A stretch of DNA of 64,000 bases from an uncultured Spirochaetota bacterium (GTDB lineage Bacteria > Spirochaetota > Brevinematia > Brevinematales > JAOACQ01), in NCBI GenBank assembly GCA_963783575.1, contig CAWAOD010000010.1:32001-96000 (forward strand), in the 5' to 3' direction. Shown in pieces: positions 10,721 to 23,260 of the stretch. A program made the position numbers and the translations under genes. The notes beneath the pieces are model-generated. The model did not search any database. It was given only the letters and a program-made list of their open reading frames with translations, and was not told the origin of the DNA. Numbering within the stretch: position 1 is the first letter of the stretch; the number at the start of each line of letters is the position of its first letter.

Positions 10721-13700
10721 TTAGACTATATCCCTGATTTTATCACACATTTCCTTTTTTAATTCTTCAAAAATTTCCAGAATTTTATTGTTGCTGTTTT
10801 CACACATGGAATAGATTGAAAAATTAATATTCTTATCTGTAGTTCTAATATCCACATAAAATAAAAGCTTTTGCGCATCTATAGCCGATTCTTTTCTTCT
10901 TTCATCATCTAAGATGGATTCTTCTATAGAATAAATACGATAATTCCCTAAATAGTTGAATGCCATTAAAGCAGGTTGTTTCGTATGCTGTTGTTGAATT
11001 TTATCAGCATTTAACCTGGCATACGCATTATTGATGAAAACTAATCCTTCTTTAAATAAATAATTTATTTTCGCAAAAGCGTCTTCTGCCATTTTCATAG
11101 GGTCTTCTCTATTAATTGGAATGAGAAACGGTATGAAATCAAGGAAAAGCCCTATTGTCTTAAAATAGTATTTATTTTGATAATATCTTCCAAAATTAAC
11201 TATTTCAACAGGGATTTTATCTATCTGGAAATATTGAGATAAAAACAGCATATAAAAAATCAATGAATGCTTCCATAAAACATCTTCTTCCATGCTGTTT
11301 TTATATTTTAAATTATATTCCACTTTGAAAGCCTTATCCTGATTGGGAAGGACAATATTATTTTTAATAAATTGCTTAATTTTAACCTGGTATTGATAAA
11401 TTTCATAAAGATTAAATAATTTATTTAATTCATTAAAATCTGATAATCTATTGTCATTCTGTATACTGAAAACATATTCGTCATAAGTGTTTATTTTCTC
11501 GTTAATTATTTCTTTATGATTCAGGTAAGCATTATAATATTTAACAATATATCCCCTCAGTACATTTTCGCTAAGTACATCAAATATCAAATGAGATATA
11601 GATAAAAATAAACAATAATCCTTTAGATTCTTTTTAATTAAAATAAACTGGTATAAAAGCTCATTACTTTCATACATTCTCTTAAATACATCTTCAATGA
11701 TATTGTAAATAAAAAATGACTGCCTGTTGCTGTCATACATGGAAATATCGATTACCGGAATTTTAATGGAAGCAGGAGGAGAAAATACAGCCCATTGATT
11801 CCCTTCCTTATTTAGCATACTTCGAAAAACAAGCTGTTCTGAAATAATGATTAGTAAGGTCTGTTCAAGAATTTTAACATCAACAAAATAATCGAAAGAA
11901 AATACACTGCACATAGTTAAAGAGTCAAAAAGCTGCTTTTGACAAGGAGTAACAGGGTATTCAAGGACAATATCGTTTTTTTTAAAATATCCATTAAACT
12001 CTTTTTTATGTAACTCTATTTCTTGCCTTATCACATTATAGGTTGCTATACTATCTACATTTTTACATCCAATGATATCTTTTAAAATCGTATAACTTAT
12101 CTCCTGATTATCAGTTAATGCTTCAGGATAATAAGATAACGGCAGTATATAATTTGGAAAATTATTATTTGATATCTTATCTTTGAGTGTTTCAATGATT
12201 GAATCTATTAAAGGCTCATCCGCAAATAATAAATGGATTTTTTTGTTATTATTTTCAAGCTTCAATCTTAATTCTTTTGAAGTGAAATGACAGTTTTCAT
12301 GGATTAAACTGATTAAATCATTTGAATATGGATTATTTTTTTCGATTATTTTATTACTTTCAATAAAATTGCTCAACTCAACAGTAGACGGATGGTTAAA
12401 TATATCGCTAAATGATATTTTAAATCCGTGTTTCTGTAACTTATTTACAATTTTAATATTATGCAATGAGTTCAACCCCAATTCAATTACGGATTGGTCT
12501 ATACTAATCGGTTTAAAATTTAAGGATTCTTCAAAAACCTGATTAATAATTTTATGCAATTCGGTTTCAGGCAGCTTAATTTTTTCATTATAAATATATA
12601 AAGTTAATGGATCCGGAAGCATTTTTCTATCAATTTTTCCATTCCGGTTTAATGGAAGTTTTTCTAAATGGATAAAATAAGAAGGAACCATATAAACCGG
12701 CAGCTTTAAAGATAGAAAATCCCTCAATTCTTTGTTCGGAATATCCATATCCGACACATAGTATGCCGTTAGGAATTTATTCCCTTCACTATCTTCCCTC
12801 GTGAGTACAACCGCTTCCCAAATATCCTCATGCTTTAACATCTGGCTCTCTATATCTCCCAGTTCAATTCTGAAGCCTCTGATTTTCACCTGTTGGTCAA
12901 TTCTTCCTAAATACTCGATATTCCCATCCGGCATCCACCTTGCAAGATCTCCTGTCCGGTACATTTTTTCCCCTTTTTCATACGGGTTATCTACAAATTT
13001 CTCTGCCGTTATTACCGGACTATTCAAATACCCTCGTGCCAACCCATCTCCAGCTATGCATAATTCTCCGCTGACGCTTTTAGGCAAAAGATTCCCCGAT
13101 TGATCTAAGATATAAAGCCGGATATTATCTATCGGTTTCCCTATTGGCACTATTTCCGTTTCGTTATCTTTTTCACAATTGTAATATGTAACGTCGATTG
13201 CTGCTTCTGTAGGGCCGTATAAATTAATTAATCTTACGGCTTTTCTTTTTAGTAGCTTATTAAACAGATTTACATGTTTTGGAGTCAGCGGTTCTCCGCT
13301 CGAAAATACCTGTTTTAAACTGCCGAGCTGATCTATTGCTTTCTTTTCTTCCATTTGCTCTAAGAAAGCCCCCAGCATCGACGGGACAAAATGTATAGTA
13401 GTGACGCTATTCTTCTCTATCGCTTCCACAATCATTATCGGGTCCTTTTCTCCTCCCGGCTGTAGGCATCCAAACCCCTGCCCCGGTGAGCGACCACCAT
13501 ATCAATTCCCAGACCGACACATCAAAAGTATACGGTGTTTTTTGAAGAATAATATCAGTATCCCTGATAGGATATTTTTTTTGCATCCAATTGAGCCTGT
13601 TTATCAATGAATAATGTTCAATCATAACACCCTTGGGATTCCCAGTAGAACCGGACGTATAGATTACATACGCCAAATTCCTAGGCCCAGCTTTTTCTAG

Positions 13701-15764
13701 GGATTTATTGCTGACGTAATTTTCAAAGCTGTCGGAACCATACTGGAATTTATGTCTTTTAGTTGTTTCTTTCTCTTTAATTGATTGGTCCATTTCCATA
13801 ATACAATCATATCTATAAGTTGTTAATTCATTTACTATGGTATGGATTTTTTTAGAAAAAGTCACCTCTTTTACTACCTTCAAATCTAAAGCCAAATCCT
13901 CAAAAAAACCTTTTGAATAGAATAATTCATTGTTAAATTCTGTCTTTGTTCTTAATCCAGGGTTATTCTTCTTAAAATCGATGATTGAATTAATAAGCTC
14001 TGCTTTTCGATCGAGGTCCATTATATCGCCAACATATATAATACCTTTATCTCGTAAAAGAGAAACAATTTTCGATACAACATCTCTCAGGTAGTTATAT
14101 CCTGGAAATAATTGTATCACACTATTAATAATGACTATATCAAAATCTTTTTCACGGATTTTATCGATATCATGCGCTGCGAGGTATTCTAATTCTATAT
14201 TATTTATACCATTTTCTTTTATTTTAATTCTATTATTTTCAATCATTACCTTTGATAAATCGGTCCCATAATACATCTCAACATCTTGCGCAACCCTATA
14301 CATCGTTATACCTGATGCGCATCCTATTTCAAGTACTCTTGTCTTATTATTCAGGTAAGGCTTCAGCTTCTCGTATGTATTTTGTGCGTATTCTTCCATC
14401 TCTAGTTTTGAGAATTCTTCTCCCGTATAACTGCTTTTCCATCCCCCTTCACCGATTTCATTGGATGCTTCCTTCCCTATAGAATCCCAAAGCTTTTCAT
14501 CCATCAAACCGAATTCCTCTGCTTCTTCAGGCTGGTATATATCCGTACTATCTATACAAATAAATGAATTAAAAGCACTGCACTCCCATTGCAATTTATT
14601 AATTTTATTAATATCTTTTTTATCAATCACAACAACTTCAATTCCCGCATTATCTATAATAGATTTTATCCGCTCAATGGGAAACTCCGGGTCTATCGGC
14701 ACGTAAGCCCCTCCCGCTTTGAGTATACTGAGTATTCCTACAATCATATTTTCCGATCTTCTCATAAATAAACCGACAAGCGATTCCGGTTTTATCCCAT
14801 TTTTATCACTTAAAAAACCAGCTAATTTATTAACTTTTTCATTTAATTCCTGATATGTCAGTTTCCTGTCTTCAAAAACAACCGCAATATTTTCTGGCGT
14901 TCTCTGGACTTGTTCTTCAAATAATTCAACTACGGTCTTGTCCCTTGGGTAATCTTCTTTCGTATTATTGAATGTACTAAGCAGCTCTTCTTTTTCACTA
15001 TTTGTTAAAATATCAATCTCTGATAATTTCATAATTGGATTCATTATAGCCATCTCAATAAATCTCAATATATGTTCAACTATCTGGCTAACAAACTGGC
15101 TTTCATATTTATTCTTATTGTATTTAAGGTTTAGAACTTGTATGTTTTCCTGAATTGAAAAGAAAAAGCACATATCACATTTCAAATCGTCAAAATTTAC
15201 CTTGGTATGCATTTGCTCGAGCAATATAATAGTTTTGAAAAAAGATAACGGATCTGAAGAATCCTCAAGATTTAACAATACAGGAAGATTTTTATATGAA
15301 AAATGAGAATATATTCCAGATTCAGTGACATTATTTTCAATTTCTGTAAGGTAGTCTTGAATAGAAATATTCTCATGAATTAAACTTCTTAATAAAATGA
15401 GATTGTCATTAGTTTTAATGTCGGATTTACTATTTAAAACAGGCATACCTATATTGATATCTTGATTACCAGTATACCGAAATAACAAATAGTTCACTGC
15501 CGCCAATAAAACGATAAAGATATCCTGTAAAGAATTTTTATTTAAATCGAATAACGGTTCATCTTCTTTTCTATTAAGATGAAAGAACCGGGATATGTAT
15601 TCATAATCATAAATTGTATTTTTGTTTCGACTGGCTGGGAAAGTACTGATAACAATCTCCCCTTGAAGCTTTTCATGCCAATATTTTTTATCATCTTCAA
15701 ACTGAGAGTTTGATGCCGGAGTATTTTTTAAATTTTGATACATATACATCCGAGTCTCCTTCAC
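10721..15764 (-). CDS. NRPS: partial C - A(Ser-type, interrupted by a methyltransferase) - PCP - C-like; split by a frameshift near 13470
   Basis: ORFs 13407-15764 and 10721-13435 join inside the A domain (FDVSVWEL...GAGV / LQPGGEKDP...NLYGPTE). MT motif LEIGCASG lies between A2 (GGAYVPID) and A3 (YTSGSTGNPKG). PCP LGLNSL; terminal SHLIFD. Confidence 0.85.
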
Positions 15765-15825
15765 AAAATTATTTATAAACTACCCCATCTTCTTATGTTA
15801 TTAAAAAACGGATTATACTATATCT

Positions 15826-18800
15826 CTAGTTTTTATTTAAACTAATATATTCTGATATATCTGCGCTGTTTTGATGGTTCATTAAGAAATCAAGCCCTAT
15901 ATCTATTTGAGCAGTTTCTCTAATTTTTGTTACAAGCTGTATTGCCAGTAAAGAATGGCCTCCTAAATCAAAAAAACTATCCTTTCTTCCGATTGGTTGA
16001 ATATTTAAAAGCTTTTCCATCATAGCTATGATCTTTTTTTCATTTTCAGATATTGGAGCCTCATATGGTGTTGCCAATTCCGGACGCGGTTTTAATTTAT
16101 CGCTTTCATGCGAATTACTATCGACCTGCCCGGGATCCATTTTTATCCATATATCATAACGTTTGTAGAGGTCTGAACAGGAAATAATCATAGGATTAAA
16201 CTGCGCTTCAACACCTGACAATTTTTCCAAACATATATTTCCCTCATAGGTAGTTATCAAGCCTTCCAATATTCTTTCCGAACCTAATTGAAAACCGGCA
16301 GCCATGTTTTCTTCTACCAGGTCTTCAAACCATTCTGATTCAAGGGAATCCCAATTGAATACGGCCCAGGGCTTTTGTAAATAATTGTTTGCATCGAGGG
16401 CAGCACTTACCGCGATAGAATCTGCCGAACAGTAGGCGAAGAAACCCGGACCAGCCAGGACTGTACTTATAGATGTCCATAAATATCTGAAATCCAGCTC
16501 CTTATTCTTAAAAATCTCATTTATGATAACAAATGATCCTCCGATGGAAGAGAGATTATAATGGCATAATTTTTTTATCATATCAGCAGGATAAGAAAGA
16601 GTAGCTATTCTGCCAGCCGCGTATCCTCCGGCGGCATGTACAACTCCGTTAATAGGGCCAAACTGTTTTTCAAGATATTCTATCTTCTTTTCAAGTTTAT
16701 CTTTATCGTTGATAATATCCAGCTCATCTATAAATTCCGCACCTAAAGCTTTTAGTTTTTTTACTGTTTTAATCTTCAAGCTTTTAATTTCATTCGGACC
16801 ATGATTTTTCAGCCAATCTTCCCAATCTTTTTCTTTCGGAAGAGTAGGATCATCCATTATAATCAGCTGAGCTTGATATTTCCCAATAATATATTCATAT
16901 ATTGCGGGTATCCCGCCGGTTAAACCCCCAAAAGCAAAATAAACGCCTTTTTGCTTAAATACACTATTTTGTTTTATATTTTCATTCAATTTAATCTGGT
17001 TAAAATTCAGAACCCAGCGTTTATTACTACGATAGGAACAAACAATATCTTTATTGTCCGATAGAATTTCATTTACAACAAGATTAACCCTGTCTTTATA
17101 GGCTAGAAATTCTTTATTTATTTCTATTAACCGATTCCGGAAATTCGGATATTCCTGCTGAATTACTTTCAACGCGCTTACAATGGTTGATTTTTCAGGA
17201 TATACTTTTTCATTTCCATAAATATCAAAAACATTATTTACAAAAGAAAATAATTGAATGTTTCTTGTGATATTATGCGTATTAACTGCTTTAATTAAAT
17301 ATAAAAATGAATATAGTCCAAATTTCTGAAAGGATAAAATAGAATCTATTTGTTGAACAAAATTCTCATTTTTTAAATCAAATAAACTAAAAAAATGTAA
17401 GATTGAATCCGGTATATTATGATTCAATTCCAAGTCATTAAATAATAATAGATAGGATTCCGGGTTTTCCAAATCAATTTCGTAAGTATTGCTACTGGTT
17501 TTCAAGTATTCCTTACCGGCATATACATAAAAGGCCTTTTCTCCCCTATTTTTTAATTCCTCTCCAATAGAATACCCAAAGTTTAGATGGTCTACAAATA
17601 TCAGTCTCTTCAATACGGTTTTATTATCAGATTGGATAATAAAAGGAAGGGCGGTTTGATTCCATTTATTATAATAAAACCATTCATCCATATTATTAAT
17701 TTTATGAGCAATTGAATTGTCCTCTTGAATTTTGTCTTTATTTTTTGATTCAATCCAATAATAATCTTTTTCCAACGGATAAGTCGGAAGGCTTACCCGT
17801 TTCCTTTTTTCATCTTTATTAATATTTTTCCAATCGGCAATTCCTTCTTTAAACCAATCTCTCAGCTTATTGTTTGGTTCATTGCCATTGTTTACAATTT
17901 TTTCTTGGTAGTTATGGTTGTCAATCATTTTTTCCGGGTTCTTGCCTTTTAATATATCAATGGCATTTTCAATAGAATTTGTATAAAATGCAAGCTTGTT
18001 TTTAAAATCACGCCTTCCAACCTGCAGGGTATATGCAATATCCTGTACAGAAGAATTTCTGTGTTCTTCCATATATTTCAGTAAATTGTTTTTAACTTCA
18101 TTCAATTGTTTATCATTTTTTGCAGACAAAATAATAACCGATTCTTTTTCCGTTTTTTCTCCAACACTATCATCACAATATTCTTCCAAAATGATATGGG
18201 CATTGGTTCCTCCGACCCCAAGAGAACTCACTCCCATTCTTAACGGAGAAGATTTTGACTGCATATCACAAAGTTCCGTATTCACATAAAACGGCGAATT
18301 CTCGAAATTTATATTTTTATTTCCCTTTTTAAAATGAAGGCTGGCCGGAACCTGTTTTTTTTCTAAGGCTAAAACAGTTTTTATAAAACTAGCTATCCCT
18401 GCTGCCGCTCCCAGGTGCCCAAAGTTAGTTTTTACCGAACCTAATCCGCAAAATCTATCCTTCGTTGTAAATTCCCTGAAAGCCTTTGTTAAAGCTGCGA
18501 CTTCGATCGGATCGCCAATTTTTGTACCGGTGCCATGGGCTTCAATATAATCTATTGTTTCAGGAGACACTCCGGAAGAAGCATAAGCCTGTACAATCAC
18601 TTCAGATTGGCCTTCAATACTCGGCGCTGTATAACCTGCTTTGTTTGAACCATCATTATTTAATGCGGACCCTTTAATCACAGCCCTGATATGGTCCCCA
18701 TCCGCAACAGCATCGCTCAATCTCTTTAAAAGGACTACACCGCTCCCACTGCCCCATATAGTCCCATCCGAATCATCATCAAAAGCCCTGCAATAACCAT

Positions 18801-19491
18801 CGCGGGATAAAATACTATCTCTTTCATAAAAATATCCAACATTTTCAGGAATTATTATTGCTGCTCCTCCGGCTAAAACCATATCCGCATCTCCAAAAAG
18901 AAGCGCCTGCCTGGCCAGATGAATCGCAACCAAACTGGATGAGCATGCGGTGTTTACGTTAATGCTTGGGCCGGTCAAATTTAAAAGATAAGATGTTTGA
19001 GTAGGGAGACCGTCTTTTTCATTGCCTGTGATAATTTGAAGAGGTCCTACCATATTGACTATATCCGGATTATTATAAAGATTTTTGATATAAAAGTTGA
19101 TACCCGCGCTGCCGAATACCCCAATCTTACCATTATACTTTTCCGGGACATACCCGGCGTCTTCCAGCGCCTGCCAGCAGTTTTCTATAAACAACCTGCG
19201 TTGTGGGTCTAAAATACTTGCTTCGCTTGGATTCACATTAAAAAAAGAAGCATCGAAATATTTACTTCTGGAAAAATAAGGTGAAGCTTTGACATAATTC
19301 GGATGGTTAATCATTTCTTTATCAATGCCCCGATTCAATAACTCTTCATCAGAATAAAGCTTAACCGAGCAGATACCTTTAGACAGGTTATTCCAATACT
19401 CATCTATGTTATCCGCTTCCGGAAAATAACAAGCCATTCCAATGACGGCAATATCTAAAGGATTTATTTCATTCACAATTAATACCCTCAC
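15826..19491 (-). CDS. AT-less PKS module KS-KR(degenerate)-ACP
   Basis: NTACSSS, HGTGT and KTNFGH catalytic triad; no GHSxG AT; GVVHAAG KR region; LGGHSL ACP. Confidence 0.9.
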   Translation of the reverse strand: MRVLIVNEINPLDIAVIGMACYFPEADNIDEYWNNLSKGICSVKLYSDEELLNRGIDKEMINHPNYVKASPYFSRSKYFDASFFNVNPSEASILDPQRRLFIENCWQALEDAGYVPEKYNGKIGVFGSAGINFYIKNLYNNPDIVNMVGPLQIITGNEKDGLPTQTSYLLNLTGPSINVNTACSSSLVAIHLARQALLFGDADMVLAGGAAIIIPENVGYFYERDSILSRDGYCRAFDDDSDGTIWGSGSGVVLLKRLSDAVADGDHIRAVIKGSALNNDGSNKAGYTAPSIEGQSEVIVQAYASSGVSPETIDYIEAHGTGTKIGDPIEVAALTKAFREFTTKDRFCGLGSVKTNFGHLGAAAGIASFIKTVLALEKKQVPASLHFKKGNKNINFENSPFYVNTELCDMQSKSSPLRMGVSSLGVGGTNAHIILEEYCDDSVGEKTEKESVIILSAKNDKQLNEVKNNLLKYMEEHRNSSVQDIAYTLQVGRRDFKNKLAFYTNSIENAIDILKGKNPEKMIDNHNYQEKIVNNGNEPNNKLRDWFKEGIADWKNINKDEKRKRVSLPTYPLEKDYYWIESKNKDKIQEDNSIAHKINNMDEWFYYNKWNQTALPFIIQSDNKTVLKRLIFVDHLNFGYSIGEELKNRGEKAFYVYAGKEYLKTSSNTYEIDLENPESYLLLFNDLELNHNIPDSILHFFSLFDLKNENFVQQIDSILSFQKFGLYSFLYLIKAVNTHNITRNIQLFSFVNNVFDIYGNEKVYPEKSTIVSALKVIQQEYPNFRNRLIEINKEFLAYKDRVNLVVNEILSDNKDIVCSYRSNKRWVLNFNQIKLNENIKQNSVFKQKGVYFAFGGLTGGIPAIYEYIIGKYQAQLIIMDDPTLPKEKDWEDWLKNHGPNEIKSLKIKTVKKLKALGAEFIDELDIINDKDKLEKKIEYLEKQFGPINGVVHAAGGYAAGRIATLSYPADMIKKLCHYNLSSIGGSFVIINEIFKNKELDFRYLWTSISTVLAGPGFFAYCSADSIAVSAALDANNYLQKPWAVFNWDSLESEWFEDLVEENMAAGFQLGSERILEGLITTYEGNICLEKLSGVEAQFNPMIISCSDLYKRYDIWIKMDPGQVDSNSHESDKLKPRPELATPYEAPISENEKKIIAMMEKLLNIQPIGRKDSFFDLGGHSLLAIQLVTKIRETAQIDIGLDFLMNHQNSADISEYISLNKN

Positions 19492-19537
19492 TATTATTAT
19501 AAAATCTTCAATCCTTATCTTTTTTTATCATATCCCA

Positions 19538-20239
19538 TTACAAAACACACAAAGCCGCTATAAAATCGTATGAATAACCATAGCTGGAAGCCAATTTTTT
19601 AATTTTTAATTTACGTTCATCTAAAACTTTTATGAATTCGTTTTTATTTAAAAGCTCTCTGTAACCCAAATTCAATTCCGGATTTATTTCAAAATACGCC
19701 CTGGTTAACGGCGTATCTAAAGGCACAATAATCAACAGCTTCCCATCCGGTTTCATGAATTTTATATGGCAGTTGATCACCTCTTTTTTATCCGAAAAAT
19801 GCTCTATTAAACCAAAACTGCATACAATATCAAATCTATCTTTGATATCCAGTTGAAATAAATCCCGGATGATATATTTAATATTCGTTTTTTCCTTATC
19901 ATTCAATTTATCAAATTGATGATAAGACTCCTCGTTTTTATCCACCAGAACTCCTGACCCTTTATAAAGGCTTAAAACGCTCCGGGTAAGAAAACCGGAC
20001 CCTGCCCCTAGCTCTAAAACAGAAAGAGATACAATCTGTTCACCGGCAAATACTTCTTTTAAAACCTTATATAAAACCCCGCCCATTTTAAAATTATCTT
20101 CTTTGAGAAACAGTCTTACCTTTTGATAGATTTCTTCTATATTGATTTGAGCTGAAAATTCACGCTGCCTATTCTCGTTAAAATACTGTGGCCAATTAAA
20201 TCCGTCTTGCAATTCCAAAAAGTCTTTGGTGATATACAT
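19538..20239 (-). CDS. Class I SAM-dependent methyltransferase
   Basis: LELGAGSG; SFGLIEHF. Confidence 0.85.
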   Translation of the reverse strand: MYITKDFLELQDGFNWPQYFNENRQREFSAQINIEEIYQKVRLFLKEDNFKMGGVLYKVLKEVFAGEQIVSLSVLELGAGSGFLTRSVLSLYKGSGVLVDKNEESYHQFDKLNDKEKTNIKYIIRDLFQLDIKDRFDIVCSFGLIEHFSDKKEVINCHIKFMKPDGKLLIIVPLDTPLTRAYFEINPELNLGYRELLNKNEFIKVLDERKLKIKKLASSYGYSYDFIAALCVL

Positions 20240-20259
20240 GAAAACCTCTAATACTTTCT

Positions 20260-21234
20260 TTAAAACAAATCATGAATTAACTGTTTCGCCAGGAGAAACC
20301 GGATAATTTTTTCTCTATCTTCTTTATCATCAAACGAATAACATCTTATCTTTTTTGTGTTTTCGTTAAACAACCCTTTCATAGAACTTTGCGGTCCGAT
20401 CTCAAATGCAAAAGAAACATCCTGTCTTTCAAAATAGGAAACTGCTTGCCGCCATCTCACCGGAGTTACTAATTGAACCATCAGGTTTTTCTCGATTTCA
20501 TTATGGGAATTATAGGGAAGCCCGGTTACTGTAGATACAACATCCCATTTTAAAGGATGATAAACAAACGCTGTTAATTCTTTTTTAATGTCTTCTTCGA
20601 TAAAACTCATTAAAGTACTATGAAAAGGCGCGTCAACTTTCATCGGCATCATACTAAAGGGCACAAATTCTCCGTTAACTTTTTTAACAGATTTATCTAA
20701 AGCCTTCAGGGCATTTTCATCTCCTGAAACGACGAACTGCCTGGGTGAATTATAACAGCAAATTGAGGCAAAACCTATTTGGTCATTCACTTCCTTCACT
20801 GTCTTCTCGACAATTTCCTCTGTAATGTCCAAAATTAACGCCGTCCTTCCTTTTTTTTCACTGTATGCCCTCTGCATAATCGAACCCCTTTCCCTCGCAA
20901 ACCTAACCCCATCGTAAAATGCTATTCCTCCTGCTGCGATTAAAGCAGATATTTCACCTAGGCTATGTCCGGTACCGTAGTCCGGTAAAAAACCCGTTTC
21001 TTCAGTGAGCACTTTATATAAAGCATAACTCGCGGTAACCACAGCCGGCTGGGCATTTGCCAAATGCGTCAATTCCTGCATGTCCCCATCATTGATCATT
21101 TTTTGGATGTTATATCCGAGAGAATCATTCGCTTCTTTAAAAACCTGCGCCGCCGCAGGATAATTTTTAACCATGTCTTTACACATACCAATATATTGCG
21201 CTCCCTGCCCGGGAAAAAGCATAGCGATCTTCAA
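20260..21234 (-). CDS. Stand-alone (trans) acyltransferase, FabD-like
   Basis: FPGQG, GHSLG, APFHS, PVRW. Confidence 0.9.
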   Translation of the reverse strand: MKIAMLFPGQGAQYIGMCKDMVKNYPAAAQVFKEANDSLGYNIQKMINDGDMQELTHLANAQPAVVTASYALYKVLTEETGFLPDYGTGHSLGEISALIAAGGIAFYDGVRFARERGSIMQRAYSEKKGRTALILDITEEIVEKTVKEVNDQIGFASICCYNSPRQFVVSGDENALKALDKSVKKVNGEFVPFSMMPMKVDAPFHSTLMSFIEEDIKKELTAFVYHPLKWDVVSTVTGLPYNSHNEIEKNLMVQLVTPVRWRQAVSYFERQDVSFAFEIGPQSSMKGLFNENTKKIRCYSFDDKEDREKIIRFLLAKQLIHDLF

Positions 21235-21235
21235 T

Positions 21236-22381
21236 TTATTTTTTCCTTATATAATATTTGTTTAACCCAAAAGCCGCAATCATTTCCTGCTGAATTTGAG
21301 ATGTTCCTTCTATAATTTCCAGTACCTTTGCCTCCCGATACAATCGCTCTACCGTATAATGGTCTGTAAAACCATTTGCTCCATATACCTGCAGCGCATC
21401 ATTAGCCACTTCAACCGCTATCTTCGAAGTAAAATACTTCGCGATATTGGTTTCCATAATATTTTCCGGATCTTTTTCTTTCCTTAACTCGCCAGCCCTC
21501 AAACAAATCGCCTTGGCCGCGTGTACTTTTGTGACAGCGTCGCCGATTATACCCCTGATCAATTGAAAAGACCTCAGTTTTTCCCCAAATTGTTCCCGGT
21601 TTCTAGAATAGGAAACCATAGCTTCCATCGCTTCTTCAGCAATCGCGGCACCGCCCCAGGCTACACTGTACCTTCCATTATCAAGCGCGGTATTGACTAC
21701 ATATTCAAAACCATTATCAATCTTACCCAGGATATTCTCTTCCGGAACTTCAACATGATTCAATTCGATCTCCGCAAGATAGGTCGCCCTTCCCGCCATC
21801 AAACCTTCGATTTGCTTTGTTTTTAAACCAATGGATTTTCTTTCAACCAGGAATGCAGTCGCTTTCCCATTATTTGCCGCTATCACAATAAACAATTCAG
21901 CAATATGCCCAAAGGTAATCCATTTTTTTGTTCCATTAATAATGAATTTGTCTCCTTTTTTTATATAGGTTGTTTTTACACTTTTTGTATTCGAACCAAC
22001 TAGAGGTTCCGACAAAGCAAATGCCGCTATCACCTCTCCTTTCACTATTAAAGGAAGCCATTTATTCTTTTGTTCCTCATTACCCCATCTTAATAAAGTT
22101 TCTCCAACCAATGAAGTGTGCACAGTTAATAGGCTTCTAGTTGCAACACATGCTTTCCCAATCTCTTTCGTAAATAATCCATAGTATACTGGATCCAAAC
22201 CTAACCCACCGTATTTCGAAGGTATAGGAGCGCCTAAATACCCGTTAGATGCCAATTTATTAATTAAACTTCTTGAAACTCCTCCATTTTTTTCAAACTC
22301 CTGAACAAACGGCCTTATTTCACAGTCAGAAAACAATTTTACTTCGTTAATAATCCTTTCTTGCCTTTCATCCTTTACCAC
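21236..22381 (-). CDS. Acyl-CoA/ACP dehydrogenase (FkbI/ZmaE-like)
   Basis: FALSEP, NGTKKWIT, IIEGTSQIQ; adjacent to an ACP. Confidence 0.9.
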   Translation of the reverse strand: MVKDERQERIINEVKLFSDCEIRPFVQEFEKNGGVSRSLINKLASNGYLGAPIPSKYGGLGLDPVYYGLFTKEIGKACVATRSLLTVHTSLVGETLLRWGNEEQKNKWLPLIVKGEVIAAFALSEPLVGSNTKSVKTTYIKKGDKFIINGTKKWITFGHIAELFIVIAANNGKATAFLVERKSIGLKTKQIEGLMAGRATYLAEIELNHVEVPEENILGKIDNGFEYVVNTALDNGRYSVAWGGAAIAEEAMEAMVSYSRNREQFGEKLRSFQLIRGIIGDAVTKVHAAKAICLRAGELRKEKDPENIMETNIAKYFTSKIAVEVANDALQVYGANGFTDHYTVERLYREAKVLEIIEGTSQIQQEMIAAFGLNKYYIRKK

Positions 22382-22436
22382 ACTATCTCCTAATTACATG
22401 CCCAATAATACATCAATCCGATATCAATCTTCTTAC

Positions 22437-22676
22437 TTATTTCCTGTTGATTAAACTGATAATATTATTCACAGTATTAAAATTATTAATGTCCAGGTCA
22501 TCATTTTCAATTGCAATATTAAATTCTTTCTCAAGAAAATTTACTAATTTCATAGCAAATAATGAATTTACAAATCCAAGGGCAAAGAAATTATCACCAT
22601 CTGAAAATTCTATATTATCATCTGCTATAATAAAATTATTCTTAATAAATTCCCTAATTTTTTCTCTTTGTTCCAT
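22437..22676 (-). CDS. Acyl carrier protein (FkbJ/ZmaD-like)
   Basis: GFVNSLFAMKL motif typical of extender-unit ACPs. Confidence 0.9.
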   Translation of the reverse strand: MEQREKIREFIKNNFIIADDNIEFSDGDNFFALGFVNSLFAMKLVNFLEKEFNIAIENDDLDINNFNTVNNIISLINRK

Positions 22677-22691
22677 TTTTATTCTCCATTC

Positions 22692-23090
22692 CTAATTATA
22701 ATTTTTACTTCAATATGACTTGGAAATTCCAAATTATGAGTTAACTAATTTCCAAATATATAATTACCCTGCCCATTCGATGAAATCTCTTTAAAATTTG
22801 ATAACCGGAAGATCATATTAAAAATCAGCCCTGATTGGTCCTGATAGTTAACTCTTCCTCTCTTTTTAAATCCCCCTCCTCAGCTTCTTTAATAATAAAT
22901 TTCATATTTAAAGAAGCTAAAAAAGATTCCTTTGGGCCGACATAATTCCAATCAATTTCCGGATAAAGAAAATTCTCATGAATACCAAACTCCTTAATTC
23001 CATAGCAGTGGAGAAATCATTTTTATTGGATGGAATTTAAAATACAAATCCCAAACTACTCATTTGATTTCTTTATTTTTTTCATCCATA
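22692..23090 (-). pseudogene. Heavily deleted stand-alone FkbH remnant
   Basis: Fragments in shifting frames: MDEKNKEIK*VVWDL, EFGIHENFLYPEIDWN, FLASLNM, EELTIRTNQ, FPSHIEV. Confidence 0.65.
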
Positions 23091-23099
23091 AATTTATCT

Positions 23100-23215
23100 G
23101 CCTAATCTAATATATGTAAAATCTCTGGCCAGATTTCTCCCTAAAAGACCAGCATCCATCCCTTCCCTCAGTAAGGAACAGCATCAAAATTTGGAATCCT
23201 GATAACTTTCATAAA
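23100..23215 (-). pseudogene. C-terminal remnant of 3-hydroxyacyl-CoA dehydrogenase (FkbK/ZmaG-like)
   Basis: ESYQDSKF..CCSLLR..MDAGLLGR/KSGQRFYIY resembles the G.LG.K.G.GFY.Y C-terminal signature. Confidence 0.55.
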
Positions 23216-23260
23216 GAATATCACCTCCAATTTTTAGCCGATCAGATTTTTTCGACATTA

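Noticed and set aside
7768..22695. Many plus-strand ORFs antisense to cluster genes
   Set aside because: Shadow ORFs with no motifs or RBS.
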